This document shows positions 43,840-58,000 of a DNA stretch of 64,000 nucleotides, one piece after another. The notes under the pieces were generated by a model that saw nothing but the letters and a program-made list of their open reading frames with translations, had not been told where the DNA came from and made no database searches. Position 1 is the stretch's first letter. Each line of letters begins with the position of its first letter. Origin of the DNA: the human T2T-CHM13v2.0 reference genome, Homo sapiens; assembly GCF_009914755.1 (NCBI RefSeq), contig NC_060928.1; one strand, given 5' to 3'. Both the position numbers and the translations under genes were made by a program.

Positions 43840-44560
43840 GAGAAATATTTACTGGGCACTGCAAGCCACTGGGGATTCAGTGGTACATGAGTCAGACACA
43901 TACCCTCCCTTTATAATATATACAGTCAGTTTGGGAATACAGGCAAGTTAGAGCAAATACAGTATTACAAGGGTTTCTGGAGAAAATGACAGCTAAGATG
44001 AGCTTTGATGTGTGAATAGGAATTGACTAGTATAAGGGCTGGGGAAAGGAAGGGTGTTAGTGGCAGCAGCAACAGCATGGACATAGTTCTGAAGGATGAA
44101 AGGGCAGGTGGAACAGACAAACTGTGGTGTGACTGGGACATAGTGAGTAAGGGAGCAAGGGATGGAAGAGGAAAACAGATAGATAAACTAGGGCTCCTTT
44201 ATAAGCCATTTCACAAAGTGGGCATTATGCTGAGGTCAAACTTTCATTGAGGGAGACATAGAAAAGTAAGTACAGTCTTTATCTGATGTCGCTTTAGAAG
44301 AATTACTGTCACAACAGACTACAAAGTAGATTGGAGAGGGCGAGTCTGAAGGCTGGGATGCCTGTAATCCAGGCAAGAGATCATGGGTCTCTAGCGATGA
44401 CGATGGCAGTGGGGTGGGGAGAAGTATTGGGAGACATTTAGAGAGTAGACTTGCCAGGAGTTGGTGCTAGATTAGAAGTGAGAGAGAAGGAGAGGTCGAA
44501 GTTGAGCAGCTAGATAGATTGTGAACTCTGGCAGGAAGTTGATGAGTTCGGTTCCGGACA
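43840..44560 (-). mobile_element. L2
   Basis: aatatttactgggcact...ctggggattcagtgg...gtaatccaggcaagagatcatgg...ggcagtggggtggggagaag. Confidence 0.65.
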
Positions 44561-45299
44561 CAGAGAGAATGAGACTGTCCCAACTCCAGCTGAGAACTCG
44601 TCTTACAAAAGTGAGTTTTCCTGCTCTGCCTCCAATCTTTCCTAGGAGCAAGAGCTATTTCCAAACAACCACATTAATGGTTAAATGAAAAGGTGCTGCT
44701 TGGTTCATTCATTGGGCAACACAAGACGAGTCTCTTAACCACTAGGTTTCTCAGCTTCTTTCCCTGTAAGATGGTGGCAAGCAGCATGCCCCTCCTATCC
44801 ACCGGGAAGTGAGATGACAAAATGGAATTCCAATTCTAATCATGTTACCTAAATGCAAGAAGTTGTTATACTTGTTATTATTGCATCACACTTAGTCTTG
44901 GAGAACATTTCCCAGTGTTTTCTTTTAAAACTGATGTTAGATAATGTAAAATGTCTACATCCTCTCTAACTTCATGTTGATATGAAAAGCATTTCTGATA
45001 TTGGTGGAAAAAGGGCTGGAGTCAGCCCCTCCTTTATTTTTACCTTTGAATTGGGATCTTTCTGTTCCCATCTCTGTCATTTTGTCATTTTGGGTCATCG
45101 TGTGTTTCCAACAAGTTGCTCTTGAAGTTTATGTTCTTCCTGAAGCTGCATGAGGATGCTTTAGTTCTGTAACTGATACCACCATCCCACAGGTGTGTAT
45201 GTAGCCCTGTTCTGCAACCAGGAAATCACTTGGGAACCTCGGCCCCTATCTAAAGTCCAAATGACTACAACAGGTCCCTTTCCTTCTCTCTGATTCCAA

Positions 45300-45600
<301 letters not shown>

Positions 45601-46944
45601 CCCAAATTTTCTTAGTTGTATGTCTAAGGAAATGAATGAAAATCTTTCTTTTATCATGTGTGCTTTAAAGTTTTTCCAGCATGAAAGGTCAAATTTAATT
45701 ATGATTTCTTCACAATTTACGCTAGAAATCACAAAGTGTAAGATTACTTATATGGTTGCCTAAAGTTTCTAAGTTATGTTCACTGTGTGATTTTGAGGCG
45801 GCCTGACTTAACCATATATCCTCCTGAAGTTCTGAAATGATTTTGTAATCATCATATATCATTATGAAGGTTTATTATTTTTAATATTAGGCAAAATATA
45901 AATAACTCTTTCATGGAAATATTAGATGTTAGGATCAATTTATATAGTTCTGTTCCAGATACAATAAATAACCTGGTGGTTGTTGAATATGTAATATTAC
46001 ATGGTGTTAGAAAAGAATCAATCTGACTAGATAATTTATTACATATTTAATTTACTTTCAGCATGTCTGTGTATCCTACTGCCTTTCTGAGTATTGAAGT
46101 TGTGCAATGATCTTTATGCTTAGAGATTCCAGATATATTTCTGGTCATTTTCTTTCTTATATCTGTTCTACAGTTCCTTAATTCTTTTTTTACCTGTGCC
46201 CAAACCATTCTTTAATTTGTCCACTAAGATTTTTTATTTTACTGATTATAGTTTTTATTTCTAGTATTTCTGTTTAGTTGCTTTTTAAAATCTGCTTGTC
46301 TTATTTTTGCTTTACAAATTATATAATTTCATTGATTTAACTCAGCATTGAAAACACTCATAGGTTGATTTTTCCTGTAACTCTTAGGTTGTGAATTATG
46401 CTGTTTGCTGTATCAGCTGATTCATTTCTGTGCTGGTTTGTTTTCTTCTGCTGTAATGTCTGACTGTGACCTTACCTATTGTGAAAACTACCACATGCTT
46501 TGCCTAAGGGCCGCAACATTCAGGGGGACCCAGTTTCCCCAAGACAGACCTTGTCTTGTACCTTCCTATTTTCAGACCTGCCTTCCTCTCTACTTCCAGA
46601 AGTGCCTGGTGCTACTGATTTCTGAAGCACTATCCCATGAAACTATACTCTTCTATTTTCATTTCGTCCATATAGTTGTGGATAAGAAACAGCCATATTT
46701 GAAAGCTTAAATTAAGAATATTTTAAAACATGAATGTAAAGGACTTTAACTATGACCAAGGGGTGATGGCTTTACTGTTCATACATTAATTAAGCACACA
46801 TGTATGATCATATAATGGCCATTGGAGACACAAAGCTGAGCAGAGTTTATCTCATTGAGGAGACTGACAAAGGAACAGTTCTTTCACAATCTGATAAACA
46901 CTATTGCAGAACAAAGTGTTCTGGGAGAACAGGAGAGATAATAA

Positions 46945-47165
46945 TTATAGCAGCAGTTTATGAATATTTATTTTGTGCCAGGCACTGTGCTAAAGATCAA
47001 ATTTTAATGAGAGCTCTGAGAGTCAGCTAACAGTGAAAGACACATGTTAGTATCCTCATTTGATAATTGAGAAAACAGAGTTCATCTGTCGAACAAGGGT
47101 TATACCCCTAGTAAGTGACAGAACTGGCTTTTCAAGCATACCTCTCTTGCTCTAAACCACTCTTT
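46945..47165 (-). mobile_element. MIR (within L2 remnants)
   Basis: tttatgaatatttattttgtgccaggcactgtgctaa...tatcctcatttgataattgagaaaacagag...ctagtaagtgacagaactgg. Confidence 0.7.
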
Positions 47166-49169
47166 ATGAGGAGAAATGGGGGAGGACTTCAGACGGGAGA
47201 TGACAACTGAGCTGGGTCTAGGATGAGAAGGCATAGGCCAGGCACAGATGTTCTTGAAAAAAAGTCCTAAAGGCATATGGGGGTCTGAAAATGGGGAGCA
47301 GCTTGCAGTGATGGGGACATAGGAAATGTGGGAGGCAGGGTGAGTGAGGAACGAAGATGGGTCTGGAAAGGTAAAATGAGGGACTGGGTCCTCAAGACCT
47401 TACAGCCTATCACCATCCTGGCCAGCAATAGCACTTCACCAGGATTCAAGAGGAGTAAAGGGGTAAGGGATAAAATGGAAGTTAGGGGTAAGTATACCAT
47501 TGATGTACATTTAAATAAGAAAAAGGTAAAGTTAAGATATTGGCCTTCTGAATGAATTCTCTGTTACCGTTTGCTTCGTGGGAATTTTTCATGTATGATA
47601 GAGCTACCGTCAAATATGTAGGCTGCACCTACCATTCGGATGTGGTGTTTGCCCTGCAAACACTGATGGCCTCACTGCACTGTCCTTCCCTTGCTGCAAA
47701 GCATCTGTTTCAGTTTATTACTGAACTCCACCTCCGGATTTTCAAGCAGCAACTTCTTTTAAAAATGATTTGCTGTGGGTGAACTTTGCAAGAGAACAAA
47801 AACCCCAAAATAGCTGTGTTCTGAAGAGTATATGCCCTATGCCCTATTTAATGACTTTAGGCAACCAAGCTAAAGACATAGTAATAATTAACAATAATAA
47901 AACTTGTGGCAACGTTTAGAGTAGTGCCAGTGATCTGTGGGGTTTTATCATTTTATTGGCATATGAATGTTTGGTTATCAAATAGGCAGAAACATCTCTC
48001 CATAATGTATCATCACTCAGGTATTGTGCTGTAGATTAGGGTTTTTTTCAATGTCACAGTGACAGTTTTTCAAATTTGTGTAGGAAAATCATGTTTTTTG
48101 AAGCATTCTTCCATATTCACAGAGAGATTCCTCTATTTCACTAGTGTATATTTTAGAAAAAGTGAAGACATATAAAGAGTTGCTATTTATTGCGGCACTT
48201 TGTTGATACAGATACTTCGTTTTCAGGGATGTGTGCAGATTTATTAAACAGAGGCTATCTGAGCACACTATTTCATTTGAAATCCCAATGAAAGTGTCTT
48301 GTCACTTGCACAAGTTTGGTTGAACTTGTATGCTTGGATTGTGCTTACTGTCAGCTGTTCCTTTCATTTCAGTGTGGGGCAATCACTAACTTCTTGTATT
48401 TATTTCCATTTTGCCAATTAACTTATTAGTGCAAATTTGTATGTCCTGGTTCTTCTAAGTCTTTGCCAGTTACTTTGGAACACTGAACACTTAACTGTGC
48501 TTGCTCTGGGGTACTAGCAATGAAACAGTAATTAACTGAGACAGTTGTATCTTTTCCTTAAAAGCTAGAGAATGGGATTACTCTCCAATAAACAGGCTGA
48601 AAGCAAAGTAATGATAACTCTTTTGATAACTCATAGTTAACATAATTTTTTACATTAGTTAAACACTACAGAAATTAAAACTAATGAAATTATGGTTTGT
48701 CAGATGTAATAAAATGCCAACACATCAAATCTGGCTTGGCTCAGCAATGCTCTAGAATTTATATGACGTTTTAAATGAATCATAAAATGTTAATTAAGCA
48801 GAAATCTTGACCAAATCCGAGTAATCTGATTCAGTCCGGCTGTAGCTATGAAGCAAATAGAATTTTCTTTTCTAATTACATTTTTGTTATCTTTAAAAAT
48901 CCATTTATGGTTATTGAAGAACAGACTTAGAAGTAACTCTTAAAAGTGCTTTAAAATTAATCTCTTTTTTCACTTCCAACATTTTGGTCATTTTCCTGTG
49001 GTGAATAGTGAAATGGGGGATGAATTATCCCAAATGCCATCTCAATAGTTAGATTGAACTTCAGAGGCTCTTTGTAGCAATCAATAGATTAGCAACATAT
49101 GCCAAGTCTCTACTGATGCATCTAGATAAGGATGCTAAGGAACTGAGTAGATACTAAACACACACCTAA

Positions 49170-49355
49170 GTGTGTGTGTGTGTGTGTGTGTGTATACTGT
49201 GTCTATGTGTGTGTGTGTATATATATAGTGTATATAAATATACATAGTTTGTGCATATATATGTATATATGCATATATACTGGTATTTGTATATGTATTG
49301 TGTATATGTATACATATAGTACAGGTATTTGCGTGAATGTTTATGTGTATATACA
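49170..49355. repeat. (TG)n microsatellite grading into TA/TG low complexity
   Basis: gtgtgtgtgtgtgtgtgtgtgtgt followed by imperfect tatatg/tgtata units. Confidence 0.9.
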
Positions 49356-50309
49356 TTTTTTCCAACCCATTATGATTTTAAAAGCTGTTTAATATGAATC
49401 TGGTAATTTAAAAGTGTGAAATCCAGGGATGATATGAGAGGATTTTTTTGTGTAGTGTGACCTTCAGGTACTTGGTTTGGGGCACAGATGAAGATAGAGA
49501 TGAGGAGAATCTGAGTTGGGACATTCTGAAAGTGATATAGAGGGAGAGATATTCTAGGTATACAAAGTTCTAGTGTATTCAATGGGAGCAGCAACCCCTT
49601 ACTCATTCACTTCTTAAAAGTCTTCAACTCAGTTTACTGGGAGATCTTCTTTGAAAAAATGCCAATATATTATCCATTTAATTATGTAAATTTAAAATAC
49701 TTATTTTTTTAAAGCTTACACAGCTATTTTTGTAGATATTATCTGGTTTCACAAAATCAGAGATTTTTAGGTAGTACTTTAATCAGCAACTTTCTTTTCC
49801 TGAGTTTGATTCAATTAGTTCTTCAGCAAGAGGTCATGGTCATTGCTGACATTTTCTCGGTTGTAGCATTCTTTCTTTTAGAATCTGAGTCTCTGGACAA
49901 TAAGAATCTGTGCAACCAGGGAGGGAAAATTAGCTTGTGTTAGATTTCCATATTCCCAGGGAAGTTCATGTCTTCGCTTTGTAAAAGCTCTCCCTGTGGT
50001 TTATAGTTTGTGCCTTTCTCCTTTAGGGCTCAAGTGTCTGTTTCCTTCAAAATTTACTGCATTTCTGAAAAGAAAAGCTAGTACAACTATTTTTATGTGG
50101 ATGTGTCCATACTAGACAAAAATATTTTAACTTCATTCGTATCAAAACCTAAGATATTTGCAGATCTTTTTCATTAGAAGGCTAATGGCTCATTTGAACA
50201 TCTGTTTCTTTGTTTTCCTTTAGGGATTTCCAACTATTCCCTAACCTCTGAGTGAGTGTGACAAAAATTACTCTACTGCTCTGTGTTAATGTGATATAAC
50301 ATGAAATGT

Positions 50310-50750
50310 ATAATCAGATGCTCCTTTCTAATAGACATCTCAATCTCAGCATATCCAAAGCTGAACTGCTGATATCCAAACCCCAGGCCACATGCCCTAC
50401 CACCCCCCTCCCCTCTGGCAGCAACCTGCTATTTTCTCCGCCTTTTCAATACCAGTTGATGACAGCACCATCTTTCCAGCAATCCCCATATCACCTTGGC
50501 CCACACCATCCTGGTCTACCTTCTCTATCTTACCCTACTTGACTTTTTCTTTTCCCCATAGCACTTATCATCTCGTAACACACTATATGATTTACTCATT
50601 CATAATGTGTATTGTCTATTGTCTGTCTTTCTGAATTAGAATTTAAGATTTCTCAAAGGCACAAGGGCAAGGATCTTTGACCCAAATGTCTAAAATAGTG
50701 CCTCCTTGGAGGGCAAACAATAAATATTTGTAAATAAAGGATGAAATAAG
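50310..50750 (+). mobile_element. L2
   Basis: ctaatagacatctcaatctcagcatatccaaagctgaact...ccatagcacttatca...caataaatatttgtaaataaaggatgaa. Confidence 0.75.
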
Positions 50751-51689
50751 CAATGAAAATATTCCATAAGAGATTCTTGAGTTGGCTATTTTTATTGTTT
50801 GGAAGTAGCTAGAAGTAATCAATATCAAATAATCCCTTGCTGACTATCCAAGTTAGAATTATCCCAGATTTGCTATGATTTGGCTGTAAAAATAAGAGTG
50901 AGCTGAGTTCGGATGGTTTCTAAGGACATCCAGCAAGTAAAACAAAGTGTAAGGACTAGAAGAATGCTTTCTAATTTACCAATAGTTAATTTTTGATAGA
51001 TCTCTGATATGCAACACTTCGAGAACTGGTGCACGTAGAAAAAGACGTTCGCTATGGTCTTGAAAAAAATCCAGTTGATATTTTGCTGCCATTCTTCTAA
51101 TTCAGTATGGTCACCTTATTCAAAGAGCTCTGCTCTGATCCTGACAATACTCAATACATTTGGATGATTAAATTTTTTTCTGCTTAAACTCTCTCATCTC
51201 AGCTGTAGAAATTAGAATTAGGTAGTTTTGCTTTGTTTCTGGCCCTAAGCAAGAAAATAAATTTGTTTTCATTAAAATTTTTCTTAGAACATGGGGGAAA
51301 AAGTAATGAGAAGAAAGAATTCATATTTCATTTTCTTTTCAGACAAGACAGAAGCCTATTATTGTTTATAAGATAAATTGTATAGAGAATTTGTGGGATG
51401 CCAAAGTTGAATTTTATAGTGAAAAGAATTATCATTTTGGTTTTTCCAGAAAGACTGGCTTTTACTTAATGTGTTTGATTAAAGAGTTTGAATGTCAGAT
51501 ACATTGTTTTGAGTGACATTAATTCATTTTCTATACTTTAGTTTGTAGGACCAGTGTTTCAATTTATATGATGATCTGCTTCAAATTGACATAATAGAAA
51601 TTGTTAGAGTTTTAGAACCAATGGGACAGGAATAAAATGATTAAACAACTTATAATCTGTGGTTCTATATTCTGATGGAAACCATCTGA

Positions 51690-51880
51690 AGATTTATACA
51701 ACTTCAGAATTGGAAGGAACTTGAAGATCTATTTCAAAAAACTAATTTTATATTGGTCGGAGCTATGACTAAGAGACATTCCATGACTTGCCCAAAGGTT
51801 TCCCATCACACAGCTAGTTAGTGGCAGGACCAGAGCTAGACCCAAGCATGATGACCAATGGGGCAGAACTTTTTCATGGT
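51690..51880 (-). mobile_element. MIR
   Basis: tgacttgcccaaagg...cacagctagttagtggcaggaccagagctagacccaag. Confidence 0.7.
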
Positions 51881-53224
51881 GTAGTTTGCTTTATATGATT
51901 TTTTCCTTCTTAATATCAGTTTAATTTTATTATTGATATTATCATTGGAATATGAATTCTGTCATGTTTAAAATTTCACTTGTTACTTTTGATGTTTTTA
52001 AAAAACATGTTTAAAATAAGTTTTGTGAATATTTGTGCTTTCTTTTTCTGGTTCCTTTTGAAAAAAAAGAGCCCTTGTCTGAATATATATGGTTGCTGTT
52101 CATATATTCAAAACCAAGCCTTTCAAGAATTCGAGATATATCATAGTTTATTGTGTTATTTTCCATTCGTGGGATGTTTGCCTCCTGGTTAAATTTCTCT
52201 TTTCTTCTGTGGTAGTTATGCTCGACTTACCTTTTCAGTCTCTGCGTTCTGGATGGTGACTGAGCAATCGAAGGACAGTAGAGGTTTAAACCAGATTTAG
52301 GTGCTGTGCTAATGGTTGTGTCCATTTTAACTTTCCAGAAGCTGAATTTTGAGCTGAAGGATCTGCGACCTTGGAACCTGACTTTCTGCTTTAGCTTGGC
52401 TGTTGAGAACGTTCTTGATTGTGGAGAAGTAATTCCTACTAGGAAGCAATTTGTATCCAAGAGCTATCATGTTTCAAACAGCATTAGTAGAAGCATTTAG
52501 CAGTGCTGATCAACTTGGATAAATTTGGAAGAGAAAACAGAGATTTGTAAATTATTATGGGAAACAGAATCTGCAGATTGGTGGGAGGAGGGAAAAAAGA
52601 CTAGAGGAGGAAGGAAGCCATATCCTAAAAAGACAAGAGCTTGGTTATATACTGGCGGTGTTGTAGGGAGAGAGAAAATTGCACTAAGCTGCTCTAGTGT
52701 CCGGCTCCCTCTGGAAAGCACTGTGATTTGGGGTAAAATAGCCTCGGATGGCGAGCAAGCAGAATTAAAGCCCATCAACCCAGGAGCGCCTGGCTGACAA
52801 GTCCAGCAGTAATGGTGAGGAGAGACAGCAGTTGATCTGGAATCAACCGAAACCTGGTTCCAGAGCTTGGTAGGTGCTAACTGCAAGGACATACCTTGAG
52901 GAAGGAGTTTCTTGCACCAAGAATTGGATCTTCAGGAGGGAGCAAGCTATGATAAGGAGGATGATGAAACACGGGAAGCTGTTAGGCCTGAGCAGGGAAA
53001 CAAACATACTTTACGATCTGATAGGTCAGCCCGGGAAGGACATAACCCCAGAAATTGTGGGCGATGTAAACTAGCTTGTATATGTTAGGTCTCCCTAGAC
53101 TTTTCAGTGTGTAGACACAGTGTATCTTGTTAGTATTAGATATGTTCATTATGGCAGGTGTCTGTTAGTAATCTGTCTATTGTCAATCCTTCTCTCTCTG
53201 GTTCCCTTTCCCTCATTAGATTTT

Positions 53225-53545
53225 GCTGGATAGAAGAGTGACTGTACTGCCTATTGTTCCACACTGTTCCATACCCTGCCCACCCAACTTAACAATTGCA
53301 CCCCCACCCCCATCTCCACCCTCTAGCAAGCTCCCTACCTGGCCCTATTTCTATCCCCTTGGCATTTATCATCATCTAATATTCTATATAATTTACCTAC
53401 ATATTATATTTATAATTTATTATCCATCTTCTCCTCCCGGAATGTCAGCCCCATGAGGGTGGAGGATGTTGTCTGTTCTCAGTTTTTGTTTCCCGAATGC
53501 CTAGAACAGTGCGTGAGGGCTTAGGAAGTTATTGAATGACTAAAT
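53225..53545 (+). mobile_element. L2 3' end
   Basis: ggaatgtcagccccatgagggtggagg...ccgaatgcctagaacagtgc...ttattgaatgac. Confidence 0.7.
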
Positions 53546-55011
53546 TTTGACTAAATTGTTGGGCCCCTCAATAAATATCTTGATTAGTGGCATACATCTG
53601 ATGGTTCTGTCATTCTCTGTTCCTTGCAAGTAGGGCTGCAAAGCCAGATTTTAAAATTAGCATAGTCTCTTGTTTCTCTCTGAGTTGGGGGCAAGTACAA
53701 CAGGATTGGCCTGAAAGGAGAGAGATAACATAAATTAAGATGGGAGTGGCCTGGGACCCAGAAAGACTGAAGCACAATTTAAAGGTCTTTCTGCTCGAGT
53801 TGACTCTAATTCGAAAAGGCCCAGAATTTCCCTCAGTGTCCAGCTTACAGTTAGGAGACCTTGCGTATAGTTTTGTTTCTGTCACAAATGTACTACTTGA
53901 TGTTGAACAGATTACTGTATTTGTTTCATTGTTTATGAGATGAGGGTAATAAAAGTTTACCTTTTTGTGTTGCATAAAGCTTTTTAAGATAACAACATGA
54001 GATACAGTAAAATACTTTAAAAAGTTGAAGATGCTAAACATTTGTAAACACATTATTATTATTAAAGCTTTTATCTTTAAATCTTTTCCCTAAGATACCA
54101 TATCCCAATGTGTAGGCCAAGATTTTAAGGCTTGATATATAATTGTTTTAGCTAATATTGTTTGCTTAGTTTCTATATGAGACATTTCCTGGTTTAGAAT
54201 ATCAATGAGTTTTTGTATGATACTTATTTTGTATCTTCTTCATTCAGATATGAACATAAGTTACTCCACCGGCAATCAGAAAATGATGTTTGACTATTTA
54301 TGATCACTGACTTGGGCTGAGAAAATCCTGGATTTGAAGTGAGGAGTGGGATGGAGGTTGCATAGAGCGCCTGTGGGGGAAGCCTTGGCAGGTACCGAGG
54401 AATGAGTTTGGCAGGAACTAGCCCATCAGGTGCATGGGCCATAAAATGAGGCCATGAGGGACGCAGTGTTCCTGATGACAGTGTTAAATCCGTTTCAAAT
54501 AAAGTGAACTGTTTGCTTAAACTTTCCTGTGTTCCCTCAGACCTTTGGCGCTGAGAACCAACTCAATATAGAAATTAGCTCACCCAGAGACTGCGGGGCA
54601 GAAAGACTCAAAGTACAGACTGTTGTGTCAAAATTGTGTTTAGTAACACAAAACTCTCAGGAAATATTTGCCGTGTTGCTTTTTAGAACTTTCTAGTGTG
54701 AACAAAATTTCCTCTTCTTCTGTTACAGCTCTATTATATCTTATCAATCATATTCTTTTAGCATAACATTTGAAACAAAGTTTTTACCTGATGAAATACA
54801 TATGTATTCAGCTTTCTGACAAACCTCTGCTCTTTTAATTTTAATTTTTTGTTAAAATTATGCAAAGAAAATTGCATCCCAAGGAAGCATTGATTATACC
54901 TATTCTCATGGTTATTTCGTGTTTTATTTTTATTTTTATGTGAATTCTTTTTCGACGACCTTTTCTTCAGTGAAGATTGTTTCAAGTAAAGCTGTCTGAT
55001 ATAGAGACATG

Positions 55012-55025
55012 GTTGCTAGGGAGAC
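55012..55025 (-). promoter_or_regulatory. RFX X-box motif (GTCTCCCTAGCAAC)
   Basis: gttgctagggagac on the + strand fits the 14-bp RFX palindromic consensus and contains the CCTAGCAAC core; a second half-site gttaccaggg lies at 55044-55053. Motif match only. Confidence 0.45.
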
Positions 55026-58000
55026 AGAGTCATAATGGCTGATGTTACCAGGGAAGGTAAAGCGGTGAGTCCCTGATTATAGAAGAGAACAATTTTTCAT
55101 TCTCCTTGAAAGCGAGTCTTCTTTATACACAGATGACAAGTTCACTAACTCAGTAGAAATAAGACTTCAGAAAGAAATATTAAATTTTAATGTTTCCTCA
55201 GAGTGATGTAAACCTAAAGACATTTTTTTAGGATGAATGAATGAGTTTATGCTCACCGATCTCTCAATCTGTGGTGAATATTCTTTTGGAAAAACCAACA
55301 TGGTGCAAATCTTTTGGTTTATAAAACTAGGTAAGCTCTCTAAGCCCTCGGTCTCATCATCTGGGTTGGATGAGGAATCTTTGTTTAATATTTCTCCCAT
55401 ATTCATATTTGGTTATGTGCAGATCAGTAAATACTTACTGTGATCCACTATGTGTGAGGCATATTACTGGGGACTTTTCATACATTTTCTAATTGAATTC
55501 CATAATCCTGATGCAAGGTATTGTCATTTTAATAAATACTAGAAAGTATTCTATGCAGTGGAACAGGAGGGATCTGAATCCTGTTCAGTGCCACTAAGTT
55601 CTTTCTGTTGAAACATCTCGTGTAATTCTATAGCTAATGAAGAATTGAATAAATACACAAATATTCCAATTTCATGTAAGCAACAACAGCACAGGTCCTT
55701 TTTCTGTTAGTTTTACCAATACTTTTGAAAATCCATAAATGATAAAGTTTAATGAAATAATTTTAGGAGATTATCCTGGGTTTTGAAAAACAAAATGTGC
55801 TAAACCTTACTTAAATTTACCATTCAAAAGCTTGATTGGTTCCTTATTGTTTGGGTCTCCTTTAGAATGGTTAAAAAAACCCTCACAATGTAACTCAACT
55901 GAAAAGAAAAACTTACTTAATATCTTGTATGTAATATTGTGCTAGAATGGGTAAAACTGCCATGAAGTTCTTTATTTATATAAAGAATTCAGTGGATATA
56001 TTATCAGATTATAAAAGGAAAGCATTTTTGTAGAAATGCCCCTTCAATATTTTAAATTGGCAAACAGTCAATCCTATCACCCATATGTTGACCTTCAATT
56101 TCAGATGTCTTCATCTGCAGTACCCTAGAACTCTTTAGTGACGTTCCAAGGCCAGAGCCAAAGAGCATCTGCAGCTTAGTCTGAGATAAGGGAGTTTTCA
56201 GATTACGGCATCTGACCAAAGTACATGGGATCAACCACTGTCCTTTAAGAAAAGGTTGCCACTGTTTTGCTTCATATGTGAAGAAGGCATGAGTCAAGCT
56301 GAAGAATAAATTGGCACCCCATTAGATTGAGAAGCCACATCTTGTAGCCCAGAATATCTTTTAGAAAGCAAAACTGGATTAAAAAAGAGAAAGAAATGTT
56401 CTTGGAGAGCAAGAATTGCTCTTGGAGTGCAAGTTGTATGACCTGAGTGAGATTTATTGAGGCAATTGTGTCTGGGTTTTCAAAAGTACTGGATAATTTT
56501 ATGATCACCACTAGCCACTTAGAGCCTGGTCAGTGGAGATATGAGAGAAAGGTTATTTAAGGCTTCTGAATATGAGCTTATTGCCCCTGGGAATTAGGAT
56601 TGAGAGTCTTTTCCATGCAGTGCTTTTTCCTATGCTATGCTATGCTATACTATTTTTTAAGAAGCAAAAAAGAAAAAAGTTAGATCCCTTCCTCTGAAAT
56701 ACCTTTTGCTGATTGCTATAAGGGGCAGGACATTTGATTAGGTGGACTAGCTCAAGTATAGCAAATGCCACCCTACTTTAATAGATGTTACTTAGAAACA
56801 TAGTGTTTTGGGATCACTACCTTAATGGTTATCTACAAATTTAACACTGCCAATCTCTTATCTCCCAGAGGGCGTGGGCAAATTTTTAAATGACTCCAAT
56901 TTTAGTGTTTGTGACACTGTGCATTAGATGTAAGCCTTTGCAGCAGACCTGAATCTTGAACGCAGACCGAGATAAGAGATTTATTTAAAAGACAAGACTT
57001 GTTTCTCCAACTGCTGGATGCTCATAAAACGTGGCAATCAGATAGAGCTGTGTGGGTTTTAAACAAGGAAGAGAGAGGAGGTATTCTTCCACACACTTTG
57101 TGATTTTTATCTATAAACCAACTTTCAAGGAAAAGCCTTATAGTCACAGTAAGATGCCATATCTACGCAAGTTATTAAGGGAAATAGTGACATTAATCTG
57201 TAAGATTTTGTTAAATGAGCCAGTTTTACTGTTTTAAGGGATTCAATTGATTTAGAGTCAAAATAGTCAAATTATTTGTGTAAATTTCCCATATTGACAT
57301 AGTATACGGATTATATGGGTATGTACACTTCACAAAGCATCCAGAAATTAAGCAGGAGGCCTTGTGTATGTTTAATATGGGCCTCATATAGAACAGAAAA
57401 TTATACATTCAATTCAATCCCAAGATATCTATTGAGTCTTTATTTTATGTCAGGCATTGAAGCTGTGACTATGGATTGGCTACGGAGAAAAACAATTCTA
57501 CCATTAAAAAAAAAGCATATTTACTGAGTACAACACTGCTAGTGAGACAGATTGTACAAAACAGATCAGGATTATTTGACCTTAGTTGCTATGTCAGCCT
57601 TCATTACCTATTCTAAAGCATGTAGATATTGGTCTGTTACAGCAAAGACCCAAGAGAACTGCATATTTTTAGGTTATTAATCACAAAATTAAAAAAAAAT
57701 GATTTCATGAACATGTAAAATCTTCTTTGTTCTTTGGACACACAGAAATTATTATTGCTACATTTTTTCTTTTCTTTTTATTCTTTTTTAATAGGCAGTA
57801 GCTATAATTGATTCAGCACTACTTTACCAGAATAAGTAAAGGTGTATTTGCCTTGCATGATATTAAATTAAATCTGTTTCAGAGATAAACAACTTAAAAT
57901 TTAATGCTTCACACTCAAGAGTGCGTCTGTGCCAATATTTAAATAACACAATACATCTATCTTTCAGACTTTGATTCAATGTTTTGGTCTTCTTTGGTTT

